Shown here piece after piece: positions 45,751-57,769 of a stretch of 64,000 nucleotides of DNA (the stretch's first letter is position 1; every line of letters starts with the position of its first letter). Location: positions 12,121-76,120 of the forward strand of contig BLSG01000419.1 in the NCBI GenBank assembly GCA_012862495.1. Reading direction: 5' to 3'. The position numbers were made by a program, and so were the translations under genes. The stretch comes from Thraustochytrium aureum. Taxonomy: Eukaryota. The notes beneath the pieces were generated by a model, which was not told the origin of the DNA, made no database searches, and worked only from the letters and a program-made list of their open reading frames with translations.

Positions 45751-46895
45751 ATGTCGGAAAACACTCTGCCGCCTGGCGCGGAGAACACCGCGCCGAAGGG
45801 CGAGGTGCCCGCGCTCGCTGCCGAGGCCGTGCTCACGGTTTGCGAGGAGATACCGGACACGGAAACAGTCAAGGGGTACGACTTCAACGAAGGCATCGAC
45901 CTCGCCAAGCTGCTGGAGTCGTACAGCCGCGTCGGGTTTCAGAGCAGCAACGTCGGGCGCGCCGTGGAGGAGATCAACAAGATGCTGCACTGGAGGCTCA
46001 GCGACGAGCCCGTCAAAGAGGGCGAGGAGGACGACCCGGAGGAGCGCAAAAAGGTCAAGTGCACGATCTTCCTCTCGTACACGTCCAACCTCATTTCCCC
46101 GGGATCCGCGAGATCCTGCGGTTCCTGGTCGAGCACAAGCTCGTGGACGTGATCTGCACGACGGCGGGCGGCATCGAGGAGGACTTCATCAAGTGCCTTG
46201 CGCCAACCTACTTGGGGGACTTTGCGCTCCGCGGCAAGGAGCTCCGCCTGAAGGGCCTCAACCGCATTGGAAACCTGCTCGTGCCAAACTCCAACTATTG
46301 CAAGTTTGAGGACTGGTTCGATCCGCTTCTGGACAAGATGCTCGACGAGCAAAAGAACGAGGGCGTCGTCTGGACCCCGAGCAAGATGATCCACCGCATG
46401 GGCAAGGAGATTGACGACCCTGCCTCGGTCTACTACTGGGCGTACAAGAACGACATACCCGTCTACTGCCCTGCCCTCACAGACGGCAGCATCGGAGACA
46501 TGATTTACTTTCACTCGTACCGCAACCCTGGCCTTGTCGTGGACATTGCCGGCGACATTCGCGGCATCAACGATCATGCGCTCCTTGCAAAGAAATCTGG
46601 GATGGTCATCCTCGGCGGTGGCCTCGTCAAGCACCACGTGGCGAACGCCAACCTGATGCGGAACGGCGCCGACTTCTCCGTGTTCATCAACACGGCCAAC
46701 GAGTTTGATGGCAGCGACTCTGGGGCGCGGCCGGACGAGGCTGTCTCGTGGGGCAAGATCAAGATCCAATGCCAGCCCGTCAAGGTGTACTCTGAAGTCA
46801 CGCTTGTCTTTCCGCTCATCGTTGCACAAACCTTTGCCAAGTACCACTACGAGAAGCAGGCGGCGGCAGCGGCGGCCGAAGGCGCGAGCAAGTGA
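45751..46895 (+). CDS. DHPS: Deoxyhypusine synthase
   Basis: VKGYDFN.G; GFQ..NVG.A...[85 protein letters not shown]. Indel near 46097. Confidence 0.97.
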
Positions 46896-47254
46896 GGAGG
46901 ACCTCGATAGTTGCTGGTCGTGCTGTGCCTGTCGGTACGCCGCGCTTTCTTGGCAGAGGACCACTTCGCCTGAGCTCCGCGACCACCACGAGCAAGCTCG
47001 AGAGCTCTCTCTAGTAGAGCTAGAGCTAGCTCTCTACAAGAGCAGGTGGAGCGCTTTCCGAGAGCGAGCCCTTTGGACGCGTGGCGCTGGGACTGAATGG
47101 GGTTGTTCTTGTCCTCTGGGCGATTGATTTCGGGCAGGTCACAGGCACAATCGCCCCCTTCTTGAAATGCGTGGCGTGTATTGCCTCCGCTAAGGTAGAG
47201 CGTTCTCGTAAAAGGACAGGACCAGGTTTCCTCCAGCATGAAAACGAGGGTCCG

Positions 47255-48671
47255 TCAAGCCCGCGCGCCGTGGATCGCCATGAGCGAGTTGTGTAGGCCA
47301 ATCGCCGACTCGAGCACCTCCTTGCGCTCGGCCGACCCCATCGCGCTACAAACATCCGAGTAGCGGCGAAAAGCGTCGTGCGAATCTTCTTGGCGGCCAG
47401 CGTTGTGGAGCATGGCAGAATAGTTGAGCAGGCAGAGCGCGTCCTCGCCGTCCAGCTCGAGCGCTTTCTCATACGCAAGCGCAGCGTTGTCCTCGTCCTC
47501 GAGCCTCGTCAGCGCGATCGCGAGGTACATGTAGGCCTTGGCTGCGCTGGGCTTCAAGTTGATCGCGGCGCTCAGGTAGTGGAACGCGGACGCAGCCTGC
47601 TCCGTGGCGAGGTGGACGATTCCCAGGTTGAGGTTTGTGATCCACTGCAGCGGGTTGAGGTACCAGGAGCGCTTCAGACAGGCGATGGCCGCAATGTAAC
47701 GCTGCTTTTGGAAAAAGCACAACCCGACATTGTTCCAGACCTCGGGCGAGTTGGGCCACTTGCACGCGGCAACGCGGTACTTGACAAGACTGACGTCCGT
47801 GTCGCTATTGTTTTGGATAATCGACGCCGCGGCAAGGGATTGTTTTGGGGTTGCGCGGGTCGTGGGTCAGCGAGTTGCCCAGATAGTCGAAAGCCTTAAA
47901 GTTCTCGCCCATGCGCAGGTGCAACAGGCCAACCGTGGTCAGCAGGTCTGCGTTTTCGGGGCTAAACTCCAGCGCCTCCAAAAGCACTTCGACAGCCGAC
48001 TTGTTGTCCCCCTTCATGATAAACACTTTGCCGAGCTCTACAAACGTCTTTTCCATGCGCTTGACCTCGTTTGCGTCCTGGAAGCTTTGCACCGCCTTGT
48101 CAAACTCCTTGAGGTACATGAAGCAAAGCCCTTTGTTGTGCAGGATTTCCCAGTCTTCCTGCGAGCCACCCTGCAGTGCGGCTTCGTCGAGCACGTCGAG
48201 CGCGGCCCTGTGCTTGCCCAGCAGGTACAGTGACCTTCCGACTTGCTTGAGGTTCTCCTGGCTCATTGGGTTGAGAAGCGTCGCGGCCTGAAAGAGCTCC
48301 AACGCTTGCTGCACCTTGCCTTGCTGCCGCAAAATCATGGCTTTCACATAAATCGGGTACTCGCACATCCCGCCGCACGCCGCAAGCTGCGACTCGATCA
48401 GGCGCAAACACTCGTCCACCTCCCCGCGCGTGTACAAAAGGTGGATGAGCCAGTTCACGCGAACGCGCAACTGGCTCCTGCTGGGCTTTTTCAGCGCAGC
48501 ATCGGCACCCTCCGCGCGCCCTTGGCTGGTGGTCGGTTTGCCGGGCCGCGCCTCGTCGTCGCTGGCGGTGTCGGTGTGAGGCATGTCGCCTTGGCCGGCT
48601 TGTCCTTCAGCGCCAAGCAGCTGCGTCGGCGAGGGCTCGTCGCCTTTGCCCTCGCTGTCGACGGGCTCCAT
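47255..48671 (-). CDS. BBS4: Bardet-Biedl syndrome 4 protein (BBSome TPR subunit)
   Basis: NWLIHLLY; CEYP.YVKA.ILRQ.G..Q.ALELFQ; NLKQVGRSLYLLGKH.AA; DWEI.HNKGLC; AF.YLGN.L..DP; WNNVGLCFF...YIAAIACLKR; NLGIVHL...Q.ASAFHYLSAAIN. Indel near 47837. Confidence 0.95.
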
Positions 48672-48825
48672 GGCCGCCTTTGCTTCGCGACAAAAACCGC
48701 AGCCAGCCCTGACACCGCCAACCGGGAGGCTACGAGGCGCCCCTGTTCTGCAGCGGCTGTTGAGCAAGGCAGGTGGGCCTCGGCGTCAGGCCGAGCGGCG
48801 CTGCTCGACAACGGCCCTGCTCACA

Positions 48826-48928
48826 GGGCGCCACTGCACGCCAACAGCGGCCTATTCAAAGGGCGCCACTCCACGTCAACAGCGGCGTGCTCAACGGGCG
48901 CCACTCCACGTCAACGGCGGCGTGCTGG
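48826..48928 (+). repeat. Three imperfect tandem copies of a 35-bp unit (GGGCGCCACTCCACGTCAACAGCGGCGTGCTCAAC)
   Basis: Copies start at 48826, 48861 and 48896, upstream of BBS4. Confidence 0.85.
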
Positions 48929-49493
48929 CGCGGCTCCTCGACGGCTCCAGCCCAAGTTGGTGGCATGGAGGGCAAGCGCTCGACTGATGAGGACAAACAA
49001 CATCGACGTGTTGGAGACGTTACAACGGGGCCGAGAACAAGGAAGCCTTCTGCGCAGCTGTTGATTGATTGATTTGATTGAACGGCTCTCGCGCCGGATC
49101 TTGACGGCTGTCGCGCCTTGCCGAGCTGCAGCTTTCCGTTCGCTGGCGGCCCAACGCCGACAACGCCGATGGGTCATCGAGGGATCGCGACGTCTTACGA
49201 GGGCGGTGTGCGTCTTGCCGCTTCCATTCTCTTTGGTGGGGACCGGCCTCGGTCGCAGACCGAGGAGGCGGCCCACCACTTCGACCTTACGAGTGAGGGC
49301 CAACGCAAGCTAGCGAGGAAACGCGGGGCACCAGTAACATGAGTGAGTACGCTTTCAACTCTAAAGAGCATTCCCTCGTACGAGCGCTACGACGCTAAAA
49401 CCTCTGCGTGACGTGCTTGGTTAGATCAGGATCAGGGCCTCAACGGATTGTTGAGCAAGTTCAGGCCGTAGGCCTACTGTAGAGCAGTACCAG

Positions 49494-51533
49494 ATGCAAG
49501 AGCAATCGCAGAGCGGAAGGCGGGTTGGACGACCCTGCCGCTGCTCGCAGCGATGAGGCGCAGCGACCATGCGGAGCAAGGCAAAGGGTCCCACGACGCG
49601 CGCACGGCTCAGACCGTGAGCTGCCTGTGAGGCAAGCGAGTGGAGGGGGCGTGCTGTCGTCTCCACAACATGGAGAGGAGCGTGGCGAGCCTTCGTCGCC
49701 GCTGTTTAGCTCGGTGCTCGACTCTGCACTCGTCCGCCAAGCTAGTAAGCTTCGTACAGCGCTTGTCCTGTCGTCGAGCCTGGAGTCCAGGAAAAGGATC
49801 GCCAAGGTGCTGCTCAAAGACCTCCCAGGTTCACTCTTGCTGTCCCTTCAGCTGCTCGTCTACAGCCTGGTCGGCCTTTTTCCAGTCCTAGCGATGTGGA
49901 TTCCACTGCGCTTCCACCCCTTCGACGCGGTTATGCGCATCGACACGGACAAGCACGAGCCACTTATACTGCACGGGATGAACACTCTCGGCTGGTCGGA
50001 GTTCCCTCTTCGCATGTCTTATTATGCTCTGTTCGACCTGCCCTTCTATACATACCTGCCTTTCTGGACGCTTTTCTGCATGCGAGCATCGCGACGACAA
50101 ACACTCGGCGCTGCAGCGCTCGTCTTTCTCGTCTATGCGCCGTTTCGGCCCATGTATAGTGTGTTTGGCATGTCGGCAGCAATGTCTTTCTACTCGCTTA
50201 TGCCGCAATTGAGCTTTGCGCTCTTTCTGCGCTTTTCTGTGGGCGGGACAACCGGAATTGCGCCCATAATGCTGCTTCAAGTTGTGGTTCTCGCGATAGG
50301 ATTCGGGATAGTTCTGGTCGTGGGCAGCATCTCCCTCGAGCGCGTGCATGCCCAAGTGTTGGTGCTATGCTTTTTCGTTCCATTTGCAAGAGAGTGCACC
50401 TATGTGTTGGTGAGAGAGTCGACGCGCAGACTTGCTCACGCGCGAAACCTTGCTGGGGGCACGCAGACTAAAGCGATGCTGATTTGGACAATCAGTCTCT
50501 GGTTCCAAATCACGATGGCGACGTTCACGCGCATGCTTTACGCCGAGATCGAAAACTCTGCGGTTCTAGTCTCGGTCGTCACATTTCAGTCGTTGACGGA
50601 GATCAGCATGCGACTGAGTTTGAGATGGCGTGACCAGCAAATGCGTCGTTTTTTAGGCAGCCAGTTTTCAGCCTCGCGCATCGCAATTCGCGCGCCGGCG
50701 AACGGACGGTCAGCGGATTGCGTGGGCCCTGACTCGAACGCTGCTGGCACCGCGCATGTGGCCGTGCCCGCGTCTGAAACGTGCGGAGAGTCCCGAACCG
50801 CCGTCATGGACGGCGCTGATGCGCATCAGCGCGCAGGCTCTGCGCACAAGGTGGCCGAAATGCATAATGGCCCACGCCTTGGGTTCCCAGGGGCATCCCG
50901 AGTCGACCCCGGTTCTAGGTCGCCAGGAAGCTCGCATGGAGAGCCGCTTCCCTACTTTTCTATGCTGATCGTTGGAGGTAAGTGAGAGCGCCGCTTTGCT
51001 TTTTGTTGGACACTGGACACTAACATCTGATTGCGAAACTGCAATCGAATGCCATTAGAAATGCTTACCGAGTACGTCGCGATTCTCATGTCGGCCTCTA
51101 TCGTCGGCATCTTCCGCTCTGCAATCCTGCAAGTGCCTCTAGACTGGTACAAGTCAAGCGAGAGGTTGTTCCACGAACCCGTGCAAGTTTGGCCGATCAT
51201 TCGTTTCGCGCTTGGCCAGATCGTGATGGAGGTCGGCGTCGACACGATTTGCTCCGTGTTCGAGGAAGCGCAGGGCCTGCAACTGCGAAAGGCCTGGAGG
51301 AAGCGCCCGCCTTTGTTTTCTGCCGTGCTTGCGAGCGCATCCTGGTTCAGCACGACCTGCATCTTTGTGCTCATCGCAAAGAAGGACGCCACGTCCAGCT
51401 GTATTGGCACCAACGTTTGCAAGTGTATGGGAACGGATTGCAGCCAGACGGCCTCTTGGAGCTGTATTGCCGCCACATCTACAACGACACCATGGGCCTC
51501 CCCCCGCCGCTGCTTGACTCGACAGTTCCGTGA
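49494..51533 (+). CDS. Hypothetical multipass membrane protein with C-terminal Cys-rich segment; one intron
   Basis: Roughly 10 hydrophobic segments. Intron 50978-51058 joins VG-E-MLTEYVAIL in frame. Tail CIGTNVCKCMGNGLQPDGLLELYC after an indel. Start codon uncertain. Confidence 0.7.
50978..51058 (+). other. Spliceosomal intron (81 nt)
   Basis: G|GTAAGT donor, CACTAAC branch point at about 51019, TAG| acceptor; phase-consistent. Confidence 0.85.
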
Positions 51534-52076
51534 AGGAGCAAGCTGCGTATACTCTGCCTTCCGGTCGACGTTGGTGGCGCCGAGTTGTAAACTAATTTCA
51601 AACCAAAAGCAACGAGGCCTGTTGCTCCAAATCGAAGGGCGCTGGCACTGGCCAGACGCAAGGCGGTTCGACGCGCCAGAGGCGTTCTCGATGAGGATCC
51701 AAGTTGATGCACGTGTTCATCTCGCTCCGAACTTGACAAACCCAGCTCGCAATCTGTTCTGATTCCTCTTGTGCGCTCTTCTTGCGCAGCAGGCCTGGCC
51801 AACCCAACCGGAGCGCACAAGCGAAACCGCAGCAATCGCTCGCACAGGAGCACCAACCAACAGGTGCTCGTGCTCGAGTACAAATCTACCAAGGTCCGCC
51901 GTGCGCGGGGCCCGTGACCCCCCTCCGATCAGGACAAGACAAACGACCTCCAGGACAGCCAGCATTCGCGCAGACCTGACACCGCACACCGCCCTGCGCC
52001 TGCTTGCGCGGCAGTCTGCGGCTGGGCTCTGCGAGAGGCGCGAGTGCGGCGGCCGACGGGGCGGCACCGCCAGAAT

Positions 52077-53412
52077 ATGGCGCACAACGAGTATGACGGC
52101 CACTGCGTCCCTGCGACCGCCGCAGCAGGAGACCTGGAGGTCGTGGACGTGGCCAGCATGGACCCGAAGGGCTTTTTGATAGATATGTGGCCAAGAGACG
52201 GCCCGTGGTGCTGCGTGGACTCCCGGAGGACCTGCGGAGGCTCGAGGCCTGGACGAACGAGTACCTCGCTGCCAAGGCCGGCGACGCCCAAGTTGAGGTG
52301 GAGCGGCGCGACGCGGCCGCCCAGGCGTTCGGGCAGGGCCACAAGGTGCGCATGCCGTTCCGCGAGCTGCTCAGCGAGCTGAGCCAGGGCAGCGACCGAT
52401 TCTACCTCACGACGCAAGAGGTGCCGTGAGCGAGCTCGGTCGCGCAGAAATGGTAGGCGAGCCGCTCAAGCAGCTCCTAAGAGCCTGCCCGGACGAGTTT
52501 CCGCTCCTGCCGGCCCTCTTGGGCAACCTGGTGCCATCCAACATCAACCTATGGATGGGCAACTCGAGCGAGGGCACCTCAACGGGGCTGCACCACGACT
52601 ACCACGACAACCTGTACGTACTTTTGCGTGGCCGCAAGCGGTTTCGGCTGTTCAGCCCTGCGGATGCGCACCGCATGTATACCCGTGGGGAGATGATCAA
52701 AGTTCACCCGAACGGCCGCATCAACTACGCAGGGTTTCCCACGCGCCCGGATGGCGCCGAAGTGGCCCAGATCAACGGGCTCGCCAAGGCGCGTGCCGAG
52801 CTCGAGCTCGAGCGCGCAGAGGCAGCCGCCTTGTCTGGCGAAAAGGGCGCGCGTGAGCGACTCAAAGCCGCAGAGGCCAGACTCGACAAGGTCATGGATG
52901 CCTTGCTGGACGCCAGCGGCGAGGATGGCGGTGGGGGCTTTGACGACTTTGACGATTTTGATGACGCTGATTCGGGCGACGACGGCGGCGAAGGCTCAGA
53001 CGAAGGCGGGGACGGCTGCGGCGCTAGCTCGCAAAGGCGGCCGGTTGCGGCCGGCGCGCCAGCAGCAAAGCGCGCTCGGACGGAAGCGCAAGACCCTCGT
53101 GAGACGCCGCTCAACTTTAGCACGGTCGACGACCCAGACAATGCCAACGCCAAGCGTTATCCACTTTTCGCTGGAGCGCGGCCCATCTTTGCAAGACTGC
53201 ACGCAGGCGACATGCTTTACCTGCCCTGTGGGTGGTTTCACGAGGTTACCTCTTCTTCGTCGCCTGCGCCAGGGCAGGACCGTCCTGGCCACCTGGCCTT
53301 CAATTACTGGATGCACCCTCCAGACGCGCGCAGCTTTGCTGCGCCCTACCGGGACGTGTTTTGGAGCGATTTGGCGGCCTTTGAGAGCAGCAAGGGCGAC
53401 TCGACATCCTGA
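52077..53412 (+). CDS. JmjC/cupin-like domain protein hydroxylase
   Basis: YVAKRRPVVLRG...WTNEYL..KAG...V.VE; NLWMGNS..GTSTGLHHDYHDNLYVLLRG.KRFRLFSP; LHAGDMLYLPCGWFHEV.S...H.AFNYW. Indels near 52175 and 52425. Confidence 0.88.
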
Positions 53413-53870
53413 TGTCGACGCTCGTTGCTCGTGCGCACCACCCACCGGGCGGCGGCGGTCCGTGCATCTGCCGTTCGCGGTGCCCTCTCGGGGAAACTAT
53501 TAGAAAACGCTGTGCCAATCTGAAGATTGATCTTCGTTTGCAGGTGCGGGAAGGTTGCAAGTGGATGTCGGATCGCTGACCAGTGGCAGCAACACTCTTG
53601 CCGTTCCCGCTCATCAGGGCCGTCGATCCGCACAGCCGGCGTTGCCCCTGCGCCAAAACTTGGCCTGTGCAAGCGTGTAAGTAGTTTGTTAGCCCTACCT
53701 CGCTCGTCGAGTTTCGTTTCTGGAGGCCCTTGCGGCCCTGGCATGCAGTCCCCGAACCAAGCCCGCCAAAGCAAGACAACCTAGCTAGCTACTCGAGTAC
53801 TGCACCCGAGTCTACCCGGGGACTGTAGACGGCAGACCACGCGCTGCGGTTTTGGCAAACGCCGGTGGAG

Positions 53871-55001
53871 ATGGTCTTCGTGCACTTGACGCTGGGCCTC
53901 TCGCTCGCCGCTGGGGTGCTCACGTTCGCGGTCGGCTGCATTCACCTTGTCGAGCAGTTCGGGGAGTGGTGCGATGCAGAAACGCAGGCCTGCTTTGGGC
54001 CTGCGCTCGTGTGGCCCGACGAGAGCGTGTCATTCACAGAAGACTTGAACCGAAAATGGCGGTCGGTGTTCACCTTGCGGCCCGACTTGTTCATGACGCA
54101 CTGGACGCCGATTGTGTTGGGCCTCGTCACGATCATGTCGCACGTCTCGCCCGACTCTAGGTGGGGCCTGGTCTGCTCAAGTTGGTCGCGCGTTACGCTC
54201 TGGTTCGTCTTCGTGGGCCTCTTTGGCAACTTTGGCTATGCTGGGTCGGCGGGCATTCTAGTCGGGTTCTTCTCGAGCTTGACTGCCACGTGCGCCGCTC
54301 TGATCGCGCTGCAGTACAAGGACGCGCCAACCGTGTTCGGCTGGATGCCGCGCATGCCCAATGGGTTTTCGGGCGAGGGAGGCGGCCTCGTCGTTTCACT
54401 GGCCATCCTGGGCGCGCTCGTGTCTGGCGTACTCACGCTCGTCATCGGCTTTGTCACCCTTGTTGATCGGCTGCCGTCGCCCTGCTCGCAATCGGTCGGT
54501 CCATGCGTTGGACCGGGCCTCTTTTGGGCCACGACGGAAGATTTTCTCGAGGACAAGAATGGGGTCGCGCCTGGGCGGTGGCGCAGCCTGTTCAGCCTTG
54601 CACCGAGCGCGCTTTTCGAAAACTTTACGCCATTCCTCTTTGGCTTGGTGGCCTGCCTCATTCAGGTAACGTCGCACTTTGAGGCGCTGACGTCGAGCTG
54701 GTCGCGAATTTGGATCTACCACGTCTGCCAGGCACTGTTTGCGAACTTTGGGTACGGCGGCGGGCTCGGGATCGTGTGCGGGCTGGTCTCTGCGCTCGTC
54801 GCCGGGCTCGCCTTGCTGCTCTTGTTCTGTCAAGAGAAGCCGTCGCACACGCGCGCCGGGGTCGACCTCCTCGCGGGTCTGCGTGCCGCCTACGAGCCCA
54901 AGGCGTACACTTCGCGTTGGGCCGAGCGAAACGAGAACGCGCCGCGCAAGGCGGCTGACGCGCTGGTCGCGCACTCGTCCTCATCGGCCGACGAGCCGTG
55001 A
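53871..55001 (+). CDS. Hypothetical membrane protein made of two tandem homologous modules of about 4 TM each
   Basis: Both halves show GVLT..xG, C.GP.L.W, WRS.F(T/S)L.P, (W/F)TP...GLV, SSWSR and LF(G/A)NFGY.G..GI..G. Confidence 0.8.
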   Translation: MVFVHLTLGLSLAAGVLTFAVGCIHLVEQFGEWCDAETQACFGPALVWPDESVSFTEDLNRKWRSVFTLRPDLFMTHWTPIVLGLVTIMSHVSPDSRWGLVCSSWSRVTLWFVFVGLFGNFGYAGSAGILVGFFSSLTATCAALIALQYKDAPTVFGWMPRMPNGFSGEGGGLVVSLAILGALVSGVLTLVIGFVTLVDRLPSPCSQSVGPCVGPGLFWATTEDFLEDKNGVAPGRWRSLFSLAPSALFENFTPFLFGLVACLIQVTSHFEALTSSWSRIWIYHVCQALFANFGYGGGLGIVCGLVSALVAGLALLLLFCQEKPSHTRAGVDLLAGLRAAYEPKAYTSRWAERNENAPRKAADALVAHSSSSADEP

Positions 55002-55159
55002 CCGACGCCGCCGCCTCCAGCTCGAGCGCTCCGGCACCTACTCAAGCAGAGCTAGCTAGCTAGCTAGAGAGAGTAGCTCACGAGAGTGCTCCTCGTCGTG
55101 CTCGACGAGCTCCGTCGGGACAACCGACCTCGACATCATGATACAAATCGAAACCGCCT

Positions 55160-55325
55160 GCGTTGACTGTCTGTCCTGCGTACCGCCGCCCTGGCTTGCC
55201 CTGCGTTGGCCGTTTCTGGCGTTGGCCGTTTCTGGCGTTGCCCGTCTGTCCTGCGCTGGCCGCCCTGACATGCCCTGCGTGGGCCGCCGTTTCTGGCGTT
55301 GGCCGTCCTGCGTTGCCCGTCTGCG
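55160..55325 (+). repeat. Degenerate tandem repeat of CCGTTTCTGGCGTTGG / GCCCGTCTG / CCTGCG units
   Basis: ttggccgtttctggcgttggccgtttctggcgttgcccgtctg...gccgtttctggcgttggccgtcctgcgttgcccgtctg. Confidence 0.7.
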
Positions 55326-56387
55326 GCGCCTCCTCCGAGTAGTACTGCGTCAAGCCGACGCACCCGGTGCGCCTGCAGAGCGCGCAGGCTTGCACGGGGT
55401 GCTGGCAGGTCGCTGGGCTGCTGGAGGGCGAGCTCGGGAGCATGTCGGGCGCGCCGCTGGCGGAGTCCGCTGGCGACGGCCTGGATCGAGGCCTCGGCTC
55501 CCACCAGGACTGGGTCGAGCTGGCCGCGGCCGTCGCGCTCGAGGCGGCGCGCACCGGGCAGGATGTCGTGGAGCGGTCGGCTGTGGTCGTGGAGATGGCC
55601 AAGGTGCAGGCAAAGGTGAGTGAGGGGAGTGAGCAGGGCGGCGGGTGTTGGGACTCTTTGTTGTTGGGCTGACCCGGACGGAGCGCTGTTGTGGTGTCGA
55701 AGATCTGGCTGGGCGATAGGTATACGGCGGAACACCTCGTGTGGAACGGGTGGGATGTGAACGCGGTGCTCGGCGCAGCGCTCCTGGCTCTGCTGGTTGC
55801 GACCTACCTGGCATGGCTGCTGAACAGACGCCACATCGCGCGCTGGCACCGGCTCAAGCTATAGCAGGCCGCGCGGGGGAGTTTGGTGGAGGTGGCTGCT
55901 GATAGGTAGAGTGCGGACAGCTGCGGTGCCCTAATGGGCCTGCAGGGCGCCGCCGTTGCGAGCTTGGCGGACGCCGAAGCGTCGCGAGACGAACGAAATG
56001 TCCTTCACAACTAAATGAAAGAACAGCACTGCATGGTCGGCGCTTGGCCTGTTGACTCTCTCAAGGCACCACGCAAAAGGCTCGGGTCGCACCTGCTGCG
56101 AGCGCGATCGGAGCGTGCGCCAGCGCGGCGGCGCGTCAACGCCGACGGTGCTTCGGAGGTCCTCCTCCAGCTTGTCCGAACTCGATGGTCGAGGGCTCGA
56201 GTTCTGCGCAGGCCTACGAGTACCTAGCACAAGCTCCGCAGCGCCGCCAAGCAAGCAACGAGGTCGACCCAGCGCAGCCCGCGCAAGAGCAAGGAGCGCG
56301 CAGCCGGTCCAAGGCAGGCAAGAACTCCAAGACAGGTTTGATTGATTGAAGCGTGCTNNNNNNNNNNNNNNNNNNNNNNNNNNNNNT

Positions 56388-57257
56388 GCGTCTCCGCAAG
56401 GAGTACTTGTACCGCAAGCAGCTCGAGGGCAAAGGAGCCGCGAAGAGTACGAGCGCAAGCGCAAGATCAAGACGGCCTTGGAGGAGGGCAAGCCGATCCC
56501 CACCGAGCTCCAGGACGACGCCAGGGAGATCAAGGCCAAGCTCGACCGAGACGACGAGTACACGCTAAAGCCAAAGACGCACATCGACGACGAGTACGCG
56601 AGCGCCGGTGTGCGCGACCCCAAAGTATGCATAACCACGAGCTCGGACCCCAGCTCGAGGCTCAAACAGTTTGCCAAGGAGGTCAAGCTCATGTTCCCAA
56701 ACGCGCAGCGCGTCAACCGTGGCGGGTACAAGCTCTCCGACTTGGTGGACGCTTGCCGAAACAACGACTTTACAGACATCGTCATCGTGCACGAGCACCG
56801 CGGGGAGCCCGACACGCTGCAGGTGTGCCACTTGCCGTACGGGCCAACGGCCACCTTCTCGCTCAACAACGCGGTGATGCGCCACGACATCGAAAACGTT
56901 GGCACGCTCTCGGAGGCGTACCCGCACCTCATTTTTGACAACTTCAACACGGCGCTCGGCGAGCGAGTGCAAAACATCCTCAAGTACCTGTTCCCGGTCC
57001 CCAAAGCAGATTCGCAGCGCGTCATGACCTTTTCCAACGACAACGACTTTATCTCTTTCCGGCACCACGTCTTCAAGAAGCTCAAGGGCGAGCAGAACAC
57101 GACGCTCAAAGAGGACGTGGAGCTCTCGGAGGTCGGCCCGCGTTTTGAGATGCAGCTCTACCAAATCAAGCTCGGTACGGTTGACGACAAGACGGCGGAG
57201 GTCGAGTGGGTGCGCCACACGTACACCAACACGGCCAAGAAACGTCGCGTACTGTGA
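56388..57257 (+). CDS. IMP4: U3 snoRNP protein Imp4 (Brix domain); start in small gap
   Basis: RLRKEYLYRK...LEEGKPIPTEL...HIDDEYA.AG..DPKV.ITTS.DPSSRL.QFAKE.KL.FPNAQR.NRG...HEHRG.PD...CHLPYGPTA...FRHH...EVGPRFE. Confidence 0.96.
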   Translation, partial: ASPQGVLVPQAARGQRSREEYERKRKIKTALEEGKPIPTELQDDAREIKAKLDRDDEYTLKPKTHIDDEYASAGVRDPKVCITTSSDPSSRLKQFAKEVKLMFPNAQRVNRGGYKLSDLVDACRNNDFTDIVIVHEHRGEPDTLQVCHLPYGPTATFSLNNAVMRHDIENVGTLSEAYPHLIFDNFNTALGERVQNILKYLFPVPKADSQRVMTFSNDNDFISFRHHVFKKLKGEQNTTLKEDVELSEVGPRFEMQLYQIKLGTVDDKTAEVEWVRHTYTNTAKKRRVL

Positions 57258-57769
57258 GCCGCCGGCCTGCGCGGCTCAGCCAGCCTTCCTCGCTGCACGT
57301 ATAGAGAAGTACAATGCCTATAGATAGTTTTCGAATCCCGATTCCGAGCGCCCCGAGCGGGCCGGCCGCCTCTCGCGGCTCGAAGTTGGCTCGAAGCATC
57401 ACTTGTTCGTTTCGCAGCGAGGGAGCGAGGGAGCATCGCTGTTGTTCGGTTGTCATTCCGGTCTTCGTTGCGCCGTCCCACCCTGGACGGTTGTGGCTGC
57501 TTGCTTGCTTGCTTGCTTGCGTGTGCGGTCGCAGCGACACTGCATGGATGTGATTGTCACAATCTCTCTCACGAGCTCCTTCTCCTCGGCCGCCAAGGAT
57601 CACGTGTCGGACTGGACCGCGCCTGCTTCACCTCCGGTATCCGCAAGGTCCAATCCAGTTGGAGCTGAAGACGTCGAGGCAGACACCGAACGAGGCTTTC
57701 GAAGGGCTCGAACAGCGCCAGCCAGAACAGCAGCAGCCAAGCAGGAGCAGCAGCGCGAGCACAAGCAAA

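Noticed and set aside
48826..48928. 35-bp repeats as a CRISPR array
   Set aside because: The copies are directly adjacent with no unique spacers, there are no cas genes, and the context is eukaryotic.
57325..57345. TTCGAATCCCG as a tRNA T-loop
   Set aside because: No flanking stem, acceptor stem or A-box.
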